Below, in pieces: positions 1 to 13,604 of a DNA stretch of 64,000 nucleotides. The notes beneath the pieces were generated by a model that saw nothing but the letters and a program-made list of their open reading frames with translations, was not told the origin of the DNA and did no database searches. The DNA is from Octopus sinensis. Taxonomy: Eukaryota. The DNA lies in the NCBI RefSeq assembly GCF_006345805.1, contig NC_042998.1:16182001-16246000 (forward strand). The letters are read 5' to 3'. A program made the position numbers and the translations under genes. Within the stretch, counting starts at the first letter, position 1, and each line of letters starts with the position of its first letter.

Positions 1-38
1 GTCTCTCTCTCTCTCTCTTCTATCTATATATATATATG

Positions 39-118
<80 letters not shown>
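1..118. repeat. Compound (CT)n/(TA)n/(CA)n microsatellite
   Basis: Read directly from the sequence. Confidence 0.95.
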
Positions 119-121
<3 letters not shown>

Positions 122-158
122 AACTTAGATAAACTTAGATATGGTACAGGCCATGTCT

Positions 159-208
159 AATAATATGAATAAACAATGGAGTTAACTCCATTGTTTATTC
201 ATATTATT
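159..208. repeat. Perfect 50-bp palindrome inside a (TA)n-flanked element (about 119-447)
   Basis: AATAATATGAATAAACAATGGAGTT|AACTCCATTGTTTATTCATATTATT. The right half recurs imperfectly at 424-447. Confidence 0.9.
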
Positions 209-440
209 CAAATATTCAACGTAAAAACGAAGTTTCAACCTTTATAAACAAGGAGTTACAACATCTTTACTTGTGAGATTTTTGCTGCCCTGGTAACTAT
301 TCATTCATTTATCCGTGTTAATTGTTAACAAGGTAAAATACACTTATCTATTTATAATACTTTAATCAGGTTTATTAATAACCTGCTAACTGAATTGTTA
401 CAGCATATGGAGTTATTACCTGCGTTAACTCCATTTTTTA

Positions 441-486
<46 letters not shown>

Positions 487-507
487 GTATGTATTTGTAT
501 GTAGATG

Positions 508-540
<33 letters not shown>

Positions 541-1224
541 GTATACATACATATATACATACATATAAATGCAAGTGTAAATAGTTATGTATATGCCTAT
601 AGTCCAAAACGCTCTGTAACAGTGCAGCCCGGAGACAGACGAATTTGAGTTCTTAAATTTACGTTCCACACACAATGTCGTTCGTAAATAATAATAGAAA
701 TTTATAATTTTCTCAGAGAAATAACTCAATCATTATCAATTATCTCTATATTACTTGACACTCACTCTATTTGAATAGGGGTTAACTTTCACGCAATGCT
801 TCATTTTGTTTATAAACTCAAGTTCCAATGTTTAATTTCATTTTATGATACACGGTTTATTACGCACGAAATAGTGATGGGATGTGTTAGAAACCACACC
901 TAATTCTCTCTTAAAGCACATTTTCGTCAGAAAATTATTATGGAATTTTGAGCAAGTTGCAGATTCGGACTATCTGTAGTTTAGAACTATGATTACAAAA
1001 CAATTCTGAAAAGCAGCCGAAATTTTAGGATATAGATAAAGCACATCGATATTCGTTCGCATAAATAGGTTTCTTTCCATTTATATATTTGTATATTTCT
1101 CTATCCAGAAAATATCACAGACAGAAAAAGAATTTAAATAATGTGTTACCAATTATAAGAAGATTTAAGATGAATTTATCTTACAATCTTTCCACAATAT
1201 CTCAGACAAAAACCTATATGTAGA

Positions 1225-1259
<35 letters not shown>

Positions 1260-1590
1260 ATAATATTATATATTAAATATATATGGATATGGAGAGAGAC
1301 AGGACAGATAGAGAAGAAGAGATAGTTAATGTAAAGAATATGAGGGGTTTCGTTCACTGATGATCTAATCCAATATGTATGCTGCGTAAGGGTTATAATT
1401 GGCCTTCCGTCAGTTACCAAGTTCACAGCTGAGGCTGGATCTAGGCATCTGTAATAGGCTTCCGAGTCAACAGGTATATATTAAAGGAAAATGGAAAGCA
1501 AAACCAATGTAGGACAAGTATCTCAGGTCAGAGATACTTGTTAGAATAAGGTAAAGGTGAATCAAAAATGGAGAAGTAGAAGTAACTAAT

Positions 1591-1651
1591 GTCTTACAGC
1601 TATTTCTGGCGTATCCCAGATGATAGATCAAGGTATTCCGTCATCAGATTC
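1591..1651 (-). ncRNA. Hammerhead ribozyme-like motif, family C (stem I degraded)
   Basis: Minus strand: gaat CTGATGA cgg...cca GAAA TAGCT GTA agac. Confidence 0.5.
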
Positions 1652-1884
1652 AAGGTGTTCCAGAGACAAAATTCATAGTGTATTTTTTTAAAAAGCAGTA
1701 GTTAAAAGAATAAAGAGAGGAGTATAAAGTTCACAGGTCATCTTGTTCCAAAGGGTATGGGCATTACCTTCTGGAATAAGTTGAACTTTGAACTTTATTC
1801 TCTCGTATTTATTCTTCTATCTCTTGTTTAATTCTTCTATACACAGTGAATTATGTGTCGGGAATTTTTCTGCATACATACCTT

Positions 1885-1960
1885 GTCTCTGAAGACAGAA
1901 TACCCAGTGTATGGAGATGGTGACCCATCACCTGGGATACGCCAGAAACAAATGTAAGAC
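1885..1960 (+). ncRNA. Hammerhead ribozyme-like motif, family C
   Basis: gtct CTGAAGA [long stem II with CCCAG/CTGGG and GATGG/CCATC] GAAA C AAAT GTA agac. Perfect 4-bp stem I gtct/agac. Confidence 0.6.
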
Positions 1961-2081
1961 ATTAATCATTTCTACTTCTTCATTATTTTTGATTCGCCAT
2001 ACTTCAACCTACTCAACTAAATATTCTAAATGACCAGAGATAGTAGTCCAGCTTTGGTTTTGCTTTCCATTTTCCTTTAAG

Positions 2082-2112
<31 letters not shown>

Positions 2113-2127
2113 GATATATATATATAA

Positions 2128-2465
2128 GGCGCATGGCTCAGTGGTTAGAGCGTCGAGCTTACGATCCTGAGGTTGTGAGCTCGAATCCCGGACCGGGCTG
2201 CGTGTTGTGTTCTTGAGCAAGACACTTTATTTCACGTTGCTCCAGTTCACTCAGCTGTAGAAATGAGTTGCGACGTCACAGGTGCCAAGCTGTATCGACC
2301 TTTGTCTTTCCCTTGGATAACACTGGTGGCGTGGAGAGGGGAGGCTGGTATGCATGGGCGACTGCTAGCCTTCCATAAAACAACCTTGCCCGGACTTGTG
2401 TCTAGGAGGGTAACTTTCTAGGTGCAATCCCATGGTCATTCATGACCGAAGGGGGTCTTTACCCT
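2128..2465 (+). mobile_element. tRNA-derived SINE with CORE-like central domain
   Basis: A box TGGCTCAGTGG, B-box-like CTCGAATCCC, and the central motif TGTGTTCTTGAGCAAGACAC. Flanked by (TA)n on both sides. Confidence 0.85.
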
Positions 2466-2502
2466 TATATATATATATATATATATAATATATATATAAG
2501 TA

Positions 2503-2670
2503 TAGGGAGAGTTTACGAAAAAAAAACAAAAGACGAGACAGGTGGAGTACAAAACAACAGATGTATTAGTATAACGCTCAGAAATAGAAAAGGTCTTTTA
2601 CATTTCGAGCCTACGCTCTTCTACAGAAAGGAACACAGAAAAAACAATGAGAGATAAAAGGAGAGAAAAG
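2503..2670 (-). mobile_element. Short hammerhead-carrying dispersed element, family A (motif 2595-2630)
   Basis: Minus strand: cttt CTGTAGA A GAGC gtag GCTC GAAA T GTA aaag. Homologous to 14022-14205 and 25445-25606. Confidence 0.75.
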
Positions 2671-2720
2671 ATGTGCGTAGTGGCTAACAAACAATCATAT
2701 ATATATTTGTATGTAGGTAT

Positions 2721-2762
<42 letters not shown>

Positions 2763-2770
2763 ATACATAT

Positions 2771-2805
<35 letters not shown>

Positions 2806-2823
2806 ATATATATATATATATAT

Positions 2824-2858
<35 letters not shown>

Positions 2859-2875
2859 CGCGTGTGTATCGTTGG

Positions 2876-3056
2876 TGATTTTCGTTCTCCGTCATACCTT
2901 CCTTGGACTTTTCCTTTTTTCTATATTTCTGACGATGAGCTCCACTCGAAACGTTAAATCCTCCTACTTTCTTTCCTTTCCTGAGCGTCCAATAACACTA
3001 TACTTGTTTCACATCCTCGCGTTCTTGTATTTTCTCTTTCTTCATGCTTGAATTTA
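2876..3056 (+). mobile_element. Short hammerhead-carrying dispersed element, family B (motif 2925-2959)
   Basis: attt CTGACGA T GAG ctcca CTC GAAA C GTT aaat. Followed by the family 3' segment GAGCGTCCAATAA...; ends at (TA)n. Confidence 0.75.
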
Positions 3057-3060
3057 CTAT

Positions 3061-3096
3061 ATGTATATATATATATATGTATATGTATATATATTA

Positions 3097-3184
<88 letters not shown>

Positions 3185-3197
3185 TAATATATATATA
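3061..3197. repeat. Long (TA)n microsatellite
   Basis: Read directly from the sequence. Confidence 0.95.
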
Positions 3198-4007
3198 CAG
3201 ATATCTCTGTGTGTATGTGCGTGTGCATCTCTATCATGCGTGTGTTGGTACTTTTGCTTGTCCACCATCATCACTTGACTTCCGGTGTTGGTTTGTTTAT
3301 GTCTGTGTAACCTCGCGGTTTGATGTAAACTCGATAAAATAAGCACGATACGTTCTGGGTCGATTCATTCGGCTAAAACATTTCAAGGTGGTAACCCAGC
3401 ATGGTCGGACTCCAATAATTCAAACAAGCAAAAATTAAAATTTCTGTTTGCTTTTATGGAAAAATGAGGGATCATTATAAAGATATTGGATATCCCTTGG
3501 AATGAGATACATAATAACTCGTTTTTAAATAACTTTTATGAAAGTTTCAGAAAATAGCAGCTCTTTTGAAAGTTTAAATATGTATTTCGTGTAACTGCTG
3601 GATCGTATAGAATGTAACTATTAAACAAGAGAGAAACATTGATTCCTTTTGTTTTTGATGATACTGCTATATTGTTTACAGAAATCCTTGAAAAAAAATC
3701 ACATCAAATTATATCGTTTGTCTTTTTGTCTTCTTTTTTTTTCTCAGTAAGATCGTGCTTAACAAGTTATGCGTACACTTGATGATATGTAAACTACATG
3801 TAGTTGTAAGATTATGCTATGATATTTTACCATATGCAGAATATGCAAAATAATAGGGAAGAGGTTGTAATAAAGCGGTTAGCTAGTAGAATCATTACAC
3901 ATCTGAGAAAATACTTTACGACATTTGCTCCTGGTTTTTACTTCTGAGCTTATATTCCGGCAAGGTTGACTCTACCGTTTATCATTTCGGGACCAATAAA
4001 ATTAATA

Positions 4008-4215
4008 TCTGTTTCTTTATTACCCACAAGGGACTAATCATAGAGGGGAAAAACAAGGACAGACAAACGGATTAAGTCGATTACATCAACCTCAGTGCGT
4101 AACTGTTACTTAATTTATCGACCCCGTAAGGATGAAAGGCAAAGTCAACCTCGGCGGAATTTGAACTCAGAACGTAGCGACAGACGAAATACGGCTACGC
4201 AATTCGCCCGGCGTG
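4008..4215 (-). mobile_element. SINE family 3
   Basis: Contains the family signature ATTTATCGACCCC...GATGAAAGGCAAAGTC.ACCTCGGCGGAATTTGAACTCAGAACGT, which is repeated across the window. A degraded plus-strand copy lies at about 3875-4005. Confidence 0.85.
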
Positions 4216-5510
4216 CTAAGTTGCGCACGAAGTCTCTGTGTCTGACTAGCAACCTCCCCGTAAGTTTCAGGCTTTATGATGCTAGTTGAACGAATACTTT
4301 TCTGCTATATTCATGTACTCCGGTTCGTTTAAAGTGTTGAATCAATAGTTTCCTCTCTATGTAGCTTATTACGGTTAATTTTCTCCGAGATCACTTGTAA
4401 TTTTTTATTAGATGGTATTTATTATTTGACATCAGTATATCCATCTTAATCAACGAAAGGCAGAAAAAATTGGTTGATCTCGTTTAGATTTCCAATTATT
4501 ATATACTACGAATATGAAATACATTCGTTATGTTCACACCTTCAGGGATACATAAATATTAAGATTTTTACCTATAAAAAACATTGTTAATACTATTTAA
4601 GTTAGCTTAAAGAAGTAATTGTATGGTTTTATTAGATTTCACATAGCTTCAATGTTTGGATGTCACTTTTAAGGCTATAGATACCTATCTCCAACTAACT
4701 CTGATTAACGTCAGCCAGAAATAAAAATAATGGTTTATCTGACACAGAATATACAAAGACACACTTATTTCACTTATTTATGAAAGAGAATAGGTATGAT
4801 TCAATATCTTCATTAGTTATGGAATATTAAGTAAGTGATATGTTATACGTTACGAGTGATTAAGATGCCGGTTAGCTGCTGATGTTTTGTTCATCATCGC
4901 CTGTTTACAAAAGTTATACCAAAGATATCAACAGTACTTCAAAATCAACAACGTGCCATGCAAAGTTGCATTAATATGATTAAATTTTAGAGTAATGAAC
5001 GGTTAAGTAGAAATATGTTCAGAAATGAAGGCTTGTACTGCATTACTAAGAGTTCGATCTTACGCTTTCTCTCTCATTTGTAAAGCAAACACTTCAGAGT
5101 TGTTGCCCAGCCGGCGATATATGAGACACTAAATGAACAGGAAGAAACATAATAATGTTAAAATATTTAATACTTAAAGCATTAAATCTTATTTCACCAG
5201 ATACGTTGAAGAATATTTATCTTATTTCGCCAGATACGTCCAAGAATATTTTTTTTGCCTAGACATGCTTAAGAAAAATGTAAAAGCACTGCAGATATCG
5301 CGAAAAACTGAAAATATAAAATATTTATTTACAAGTAGAGTGCCTGACCGTAGGCGTTTGCTTCTGTTTCATTTCAGTTTTTCTTAAAGTTTTTTATACG
5401 GCAAATCTGCTCTATTTAATTACTGAGTTTTATTGTTTTCAATTAATGTCAATATTTGCTTTTGCATCAACTCACACATCTTCAATATTTCCACTGACTT
5501 ACATACTTCA

Positions 5511-5589
<79 letters not shown>

Positions 5590-5612
5590 CATCTATCTAC
5601 CTATCTATCTAT
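5511..5612. repeat. (CTAT)n microsatellite
   Basis: Read directly from the sequence. Confidence 0.95.
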
Positions 5613-6018
5613 CGTTATATGTGTGTATGTGTGCGTATTTCTATGTATGTCTCTCATCTCAGTCTGTCCCGTTTTTCTAAATTTTTTACCCTCACTCTCT
5701 CACTCTCTTCCTCTCTCTTTCTCTCTCACTCTCTTCCTCTCTCTCTTTCTCTCTCTCACTCACTGGTTCTCTTCAAGTCTGACAAAATCTCACATTTCTT
5801 TAATCTCTACTATAATAATCCTTTCTCTTCAAACTTCTTTCATAACATAATATTCTCTCCTGTTTCTAAGGGAAAGTAACAAACAGAAAAAACATAAAGG
5901 CAGATGTAATTTGACATTTGATTTATCGAAATGTTTATAGTTTTTATAAACATATCATATGAAGCGCGAACTTGAAAATATCTGCTATCTATATATTTCA
6001 GGAGTTCTTAAATTTTCA

Positions 6019-6050
<32 letters not shown>

Positions 6051-6053
<3 letters not shown>

Positions 6054-6452
6054 GAGTGGCTGTGTGGTAAGTAGCTTGCTAACCAACCACATGGTTTCGG
6101 GTTCAGTCCCACTGCGTGGCATCTTGGGCAAGTGTCTTCTGCTATAGCCCCGGGCCGACCAATACCTTGTGAGTGGATTTGGTAGACGGAAACTGAAAGA
6201 AGCCTGTCGTATATATATATATGTATGTGTGTATGTGTTTGTGTGTCTGTGTTTGTCCCCCTAGCATTGCTTGACAACCGATGCTGGTGTGTTTACGTCC
6301 CCGTCACTTAGCGGTTTGGCAAAAGAGACCGATAGAATAAGTACTGTACTTACAAAGAATAAGTCCCGGGGTCGATCTGCTCGACTAAAGGCGGTGCTCC
6401 ATCATGGCCACAGTCAAATGACTGAAGCATGTAAAAGAGAAAAGTGAAAGAG
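6051..6452 (+). mobile_element. SINE family 2, full length, with internal (TA)n/(TG)n and a GTAAAAGA-type tail
   Basis: CAGGAGTGGCTGTGTGGTAAG...GGTTCAGTCCCACTGCG...AGTCAAATGACTGAA. Several near-identical copies occur in the window. Confidence 0.9.
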
Positions 6453-7068
6453 ATATAATTTTCTTTGGACTTTCACTTTCTCTTTATATCGTGTTTTTTT
6501 CATTTTATATATTACAATAAGCAATATACATAAACAAGAAAGTGATAAACTAGTTTCCATTTCTTTTATGAAGTCTGTACACCTCTTCCATCTCTGCTGT
6601 AGGTATCTCTAGCAAAATATTCACCGCTACACTGTCTGCTTCACTTTATAAATTTTAATTCTATAATCTAAACAAATTAACAATTAATCTTTTAATATGA
6701 TTAAAAACAAGAGAGAGAAACCCCTCTTGCTGCTGGTCATCAGCCTGCAGAAGCTCACCCATTTAGATTTGCAAATATGTTGATAAATGACTAGGCTAAA
6801 CAAGCGTAGCTGTGCTGAGATATTCTCAATTCTTTATATGTCTAAATGTAAAATTATGACTAGAGTAGTAATTCAATTATTAGACATAACATTTAGTTGC
6901 TGACATTTAGACAAGATAGATTAGTGCTATAGAAATCTAATGAGAAAATAGACTGAAGAAAAATACACGTTGAAGTAGAGAGGTATGGCGGCTAATACTA
7001 TTAGAATCAAAATTGCAGAATCAGTATCGTCGGCACTGACACCGAGATTATTTACAGCAGGAAGTCGC

Positions 7069-7103
7069 AGCAACAGCAGCGGCAGCAGTAGTAGTAGTAA
7101 TAC

Positions 7104-7135
<32 letters not shown>

Positions 7136-7182
7136 AAAGTAGTAGTAGTAGTAGTAGTAAAAGTAGTAGTAGTAACAGCAGC

Positions 7183-7219
<37 letters not shown>

Positions 7220-7304
7220 AAAGTAGTATAACTAGCAGCAGCAGAAGTAGTAGTAGTAGTAGTAAAAGTAATAGTAGTAGCAGCAGCAGAAGAAGAAGAA
7301 GAAA

Positions 7305-7339
<35 letters not shown>
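7069..7339. repeat. (AGT)n/(AGC)n trinucleotide array
   Basis: Read directly from the sequence; explains the poly-Ser ORF. Confidence 0.95.
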
Positions 7340-9242
7340 AATTGTTTTAACTAAGCTTTTAAATAATTCATGAAGTCTGAATAAAGGTTGATAATTTATA
7401 TGGTTATGGTCCAGTCACCTTAGCTGTATTCATACACATGTGCGCGTGCGCGTGCGCGACTGTGTGTATGTATGTGAGTGGGCGCATATGTATTTTTTTT
7501 TATATCCTAGGATGTGTACCTCTTATTTAAAATGTGTCTGTGTGTAATGAATTTAATAGGCTATTTCAATTAATGTACTTCTTCAATTTTTACATTAGGT
7601 TTATTACTCGGTTACCGTTTTATTTTCGTTTGTCTCTTTTTTTGTTTGTTTTGCTGCTTTGCTTTATATTCGGTTTACTTTGTCCTTCTTGTTTTATAAC
7701 CAAAGCGTTCAATATTAATGATTTAAGAAGTAGAAAACGAAGAGTAACAATTTTGAGGAATTAAAAATTGAATTATGCACAATCAACTATTGCATTGCTA
7801 AGAAGAGCATTTGAAGAATAGGATAAAATTATCAATACTCTCCCATACTCTTCTGCAATTTTACACGTTTTAGAACATTAAAAAATATTCTAAATTTTAA
7901 AATAATGTTAAATTAAAAGTCACACATTCTTAATCATTATATATTTTGTTTTTATTTCGGTATAGTTTTCTCAGTTTTATTTTTTTGGTTTGTCTGGTTA
8001 ATTTTAGGAATATGATAATTTATTTCGCTTGCTTTTTTTTTCTCTCTCTCAGAATCTGATAAAATATAAAATATGAAGAGTTATCTGATTATACTATTGC
8101 TTCGCAAAACAATTGCATTACTTCAATTGTCAAATAATATGTGGTATTGTTTATATCAAATTTTATCTCTTATTATGATTATATATGTTACAATTGTGTT
8201 TGAGTGCCGTACAATAATTGGCATCTTTCAGATAATTCAATTTCGCAATACGATTTCTATTCATATCAGAAGCCATTTTATTTCCTTTCCGACGCTAACA
8301 CTGAAATAAATGTATAAACACAATAGCCTACGATTCAAGCATCCCTTAAAATTATATGGTTCATCCTTAGATAAAAGAAGCCAGTCGTATACAAGAAAAC
8401 CAAAGTAATCTTCTGTTGAACCGTAACTGTATCTCAGTCGAAATTTTCTATTGCGTCTATTTAGTCGATCGACACTAGCAACATTTCATGAATTACAACA
8501 TAAGTTATTGCAAGGATACACTAGTTCCTTTGTTATTTCAAAGAAATATTGAAACCGAAAGAATATTTAGATTTTAAGTGATTTACAGTTACTATCAGAT
8601 TACTTTAATTATTTTGATAAAGGTATTTTATAGAATATAATTAACTAGCTAGCTTATCTTTTAAGTATAATATTTTTTCTGTCTTGAACGGAATGAAAGC
8701 AAATGTGATTGTATTTGGCTTACAATACAATAACAAATAAATAAATAGATAAACAAGGGAATAATCTCACCACTGTTTCCATACACTTTTACATCATTTT
8801 TCAAAATTAATAACTCTATTTTAGTAAGAGAAGGCTTTCTGTCCCGACAAACTGTCTAAAAATATTTAATTTAAGTGCTTAAAGCGTTAAAAATTTGTCC
8901 TATACTTGAACTGAACGTAAAGCGCTAATATACTACGTTTTGTCCTCCTAAGTTGGTCTTTTCTAAAGTTAATCACATGTTTGTCTACTTACTTTGCTTT
9001 CCAACAATTACAAAAATGTAACGGTAAAATATCAGAGACTATTCCACGAACGACAAGTGTTAGACTCACCGAAATTCATATCAAAGTATATTTCTCATCA
9101 GAGGCTGAGTACCATATTCAAGACTGATTCCATCACCTGCCTTAACCAGACTAAAGCATTTTGCTAACTATTAACTCTCTTCAATAGTCGGAATCTTTAG
9201 AAATAAATTTTATGGCATACACACTCAAACACACACAAACAC

Positions 9243-9317
<75 letters not shown>

Positions 9318-9644
9318 ACGCACACACGTAATATATGAGTATCGGCTTAAATCCCTCTTTATTTCTGTAATGGAAAACATAAGAGTATAAAATTATGTGG
9401 GTTAAACTTTTTTTCAAGTCTATACCGAAATTCTGCAAAAACGTATGAAACATATCTCTTACAATATTATGAATTAATGTTTAAAATAAGACAAGTATGT
9501 CACGTTCTATTTCTCATGTAGATTACAATGTAATGTACCGAAGAGTGGCTATTATTTGAACGCATAAAACTGGTGTTTTAAAATTTGCTGCAATAGTGAA
9601 CAAGGCACTCACAATTTATAAGTAATTAAGATATAACACTCCCT

Positions 9645-9945
<301 letters not shown>

Positions 9946-11027
9946 TTACGTTATATGTTTTCAAAGTGACCACTGTATGATCTGCCAGCGTTTAACAATA
10001 TTTTACACTATAACCACTACGTTTTTATTGATAAATGATATCCAAACTACTGTCATTTTCATACCATTCACACATTTGGCAGTATTTCAAATTGAGAGGA
10101 AAATACTCTGAAATGTGTTTTTCCTTTTACTTTTTGTTTGTCATTTTTTTTTAGTATTCATGAAATTACCTTTTGATTTGATCTCATTATCCTGTAAAGC
10201 ATACCTTCCCTATAGAGAAAAAACAATGGTTTACATCCGTCACATATCATGTCATTAAAATATTAAGTGGTTTATGCGCCGATTTATTTGAAGATGAATA
10301 ATAACAGTTGAGCTATGAACAAAGCAATACATATAAGTGTATAACGCGTCTCGTAAACCTTGCCATTGACAGCACTAAAAGCACTAGTTTCACGTATTGT
10401 ATCTTGAGAAATCGATTGGCAAAATTCGCTCTTCTGCAGGCTCTAGGGATACTTTATTCAGTATCTCAAAATATTGATTTCTTGCATTGACACATGAGTA
10501 CATGACAAAGGTAGAGTTGATATACGCCTCTTACAGTATAGTAAATATGTTACTTGCCTGATGACACTAGGAGAACAGAAAGTTGTCGATAGCTCTGGGA
10601 TTTGGAATTAAACGTAAAGGGTCATAAATAAGTACTACAAAGCATTTTACCTTTTCTTTCTTGCTTCTAATCACTGTAATCAATAATTCGACGTATTGAC
10701 ATGAATTCTCAAAACATTTCACATATGTCAATATGAAGGCAAGAATTGCAAATTTAGCTAAATATGTAGGTAAAATACAAATACAAAAAAACAAAAACAA
10801 ATACATACTACTAAAACTATATTCTAGAATATTGGTGCTCGTTTTGACTTCTAAGCAAACAAAAGATATGAAAAAGAAATTTGGAAAGAAAAACTAAATA
10901 AATGTAATAAAAAATCGACAAGCTACACAGAATACTGCCACATAAGAGAATTTCTGAAGTTAAACGACAAAAATATATTGAGGTCAATTTTAATTATCGA
11001 ATTCTTAAACGCGACTAGATATCAATA

Positions 11028-11082
<55 letters not shown>

Positions 11083-11109
11083 ATATATTATTTCAATTAA
11101 CTTATTCTT

Positions 11110-11415
11110 TTATCTGTTTCAGCCTTTCTTCGGGCAAATCGACCCCAATATTTATTATTTGTGAGCCTGTTACTTACCCTATCCGCCACTTTTGCCGAAC
11201 CTCGAAGTTACGGGGATATAAACACACCAGTATCGGTTGTCAAGTGTTGGCGGGGGCACAAACACATACACATAAATACATAGATATACATTTATATACG
11301 ACGGACTTCTTTCAGTTTCGAAGGTATAGTAGAAGATACTTCCTGTTGGTGTCACGCAGTGGGAGTGAACCGAGATCCACGTGGTTCGGAAGCAAGCTAC
11401 TTACTATACAAGCAA
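11110..11415 (-). mobile_element. SINE family 2, degraded and internally deleted
   Basis: Reverse-complement similarity to 6051-6452. Confidence 0.75.
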
Positions 11416-11497
11416 CATATGCATTATTATATAACGTAGTTATGCATCTGCGATATGTTCATTTATGTCGCTATACAAAAAATGATATGCATAGGTG

Positions 11498-11658
11498 CAG
11501 GAGTGGCTGTGTGGTAAGTAGCTTGTTTACCAGCCACATGATCCCGGGTTCAGTCTCACTGCGTGGCACTTTGGGAAAGTGTCTTCTACTATAGCTTCGG
11601 GCAGACCAAAGCCTTGTGAGTGGATTTGGTGGACGGAAACTGAAAGAAGCCCGTCGTA

Positions 11659-11700
<42 letters not shown>

Positions 11701-11909
11701 CCTGTATGTTTTTATGTCTGTGTTTGTCCCCCTAACATCGCCTGACAACCGATGCTGGTGTGTTTATGTCCCCGTCACTTAGTGGTTCGGCAAAAGAGAC
11801 CGATTGAATAAGTACTGGGCTTACAAAGAATAAGTCGCGGGGTCGATTTGATCGATTAAAGGCGGTGCTCCAACATGGCCGCAGTCAAATGACTGAAACA
11901 GGTAAAAGG
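11498..11909 (+). mobile_element. SINE family 2, full length
   Basis: Collinear with 6051-6452. Confidence 0.9.
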
Positions 11910-11939
11910 GTATATGCATATGTACACTTATATATACAT

Positions 11940-11970
<31 letters not shown>

Positions 11971-12427
11971 TATATATGTATGTATTTTATTTTATTCTGC
12001 TATTCTTTGTTTTTTTTGCTGGTATCCCACTCTATGTAAGCAATTTATTGTAAAACCCAGAAATGCAATGTAAAGTAAATACAATTAACACCCAGTATTT
12101 CCTGACAGTCAACCCCACCCTCGCGTAACCACAGCCTACCGGATATTGTGTGTAAGTTGTCAATAATGATTACAATCCTAGCATTGCTTCTAATTCACAT
12201 CTGAATTTAATGTTACCTAAAAATCATCATGGCTTATCAGCAAATGGTTTTTATAATATATGTATAGAATCATAGACACACAAGTATGCACGCATCGCAT
12301 TCGCTTCACGCACATGATGTTGATCCTAAAAAATGGCGAAGTATCTATATCCATACTACCTCAGTGGAATTTTGGACGCGTTGTCTCGTCTGTGCATGAC
12401 TTGCAAGTGTATTAAGACGTCTCGCTT

Positions 12428-12470
<43 letters not shown>

Positions 12471-12744
12471 ATAACATAAATCTCGCCTCTTTGCAAGATC
12501 AACGAAGGTGCATAAATTAATGAAAGAAAGTATTATTCGTGAGGTCGTGTCCATGTAGAGCAGTAATGGAACGGGTTTCTCTAGCGTATCGTACACCATC
12601 CGATAATCATTCACGCCGGAAAACACGTCTACCATATGAGGTAATGCAAGAATAAATGAAAAAAAATTTCGGAAAAATATAATGAGCGTACGTTAAGAAA
12701 AATTGATTAATGTTTTTTAACTTCAAACCAGTAAATGAAGGATA

Positions 12745-12970
12745 CCTATTTCTTTACTAACCTCAAGGGGCTAAGCACAGAGAGGACAAACATAGGGATT
12801 AAGTCGATTATATCGATCCCAGTGCATAACTGGTACTTAATTTATCGACCCCGAAAGGATGAAAGGCAAAGTCGACTTCGGCGGAATTTGAACTCAGAAC
12901 GTAACGACAGACGAAGTACCGCTAAGCATTTCGCCCGGCGTGCTAGCATTTCTGCCAGCTCGCCGCCTTT
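12745..12970 (-). mobile_element. SINE family 3
   Basis: Same signature as 4008-4215. Confidence 0.88.
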
Positions 12971-13412
12971 TATGAAGGATACTATTACTGTTGAGCGCTT
13001 ATATGTGGGTTTAGATGGATGCAGAAAAGCTAACGTGTTTAAACGTGTGTTGAATGCTGTAGGGAAAGGAGCATCACTTAGTTTCATTTTTATACACACA
13101 CGCAAACACATATTCGTGTGCAAGCGGACGCATACCGACTGCGCGCGCACACACACACGCACACACATACATGCAATTACGCATATTTAATTCCATATAT
13201 AAGTGCGTGAATAGTTGTATGCAAAACTTATTTGTATATTATATTTGTAGCAGGTTTTAAACGTTTAAATATTTGTGTTTCTGTTCGATGGTTTATGGTC
13301 TAAAGAGAACACAGACACAGACACTCACAGACACATTCACAAATACAAGGACGCTCACACATCACTTGTATGATGCTGGCGATGACTGAGATGACGATAA
13401 TGATGATAATAC

Positions 13413-13450
<38 letters not shown>

Positions 13451-13604
13451 GTGATGGTGATGATGATGATGATGATGAACACGAAGCGTTCCAGTGCACA
13501 TGCACTTGGTTCGTAGATGAAATGTGTCAGCTGAAATAAATGTATTTCTTCGTATATCTAAGTTGCTTTGCGTGCCAGTCCTCGTCTGCGAATGAGTTGA
13601 CATC

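Larger units (their letters stand above)
1270..2085. mobile_element. Penelope-like LTR-derived element forming an imperfect palindrome of about 600 bp (1478-2080, centre about 1765)
   Basis: 1478-1680 is the reverse complement of about 1870-2080 (e.g. TTAAAGGAAAATGGAAAGCAAAACCAA vs TTGGTTTTGCTTTCCATTTTCCTTTAA). Each arm has a hammerhead motif. The right arm ends at (TA)n. Confidence 0.7.

Noticed and set aside
2128-2200. tRNA-like A and B boxes (also at 45892-45965)
   Set aside because: They continue directly into SINE bodies and have no complete cloverleaf or terminator, so they are not tRNA genes.
5187-5252. 33-bp two-copy tandem duplication (similar small ones near 42345-42400, 49030-49140 and 60968-61010)
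   Set aside because: Ordinary local slippage duplications; no spacer pattern, so not CRISPR-like.
9091-9101. CTGATGA followed immediately by GAAA on the minus strand (similar case at 43598-43610)
   Set aside because: There is no room for stem II and no stem I or III pairing.
9535-9640. CCGAAGA...AAAAC segment next to (TA)n, and a similar one at about 58800-58855
   Set aside because: Possibly decayed hammerheads, but too many core changes to support a call.
10558-10590. CTGATGA...GAAA on the plus strand (similar cases near 17188 and 38236)
   Set aside because: The intervening bases do not pair and the flanks do not form stem I; chance matches.
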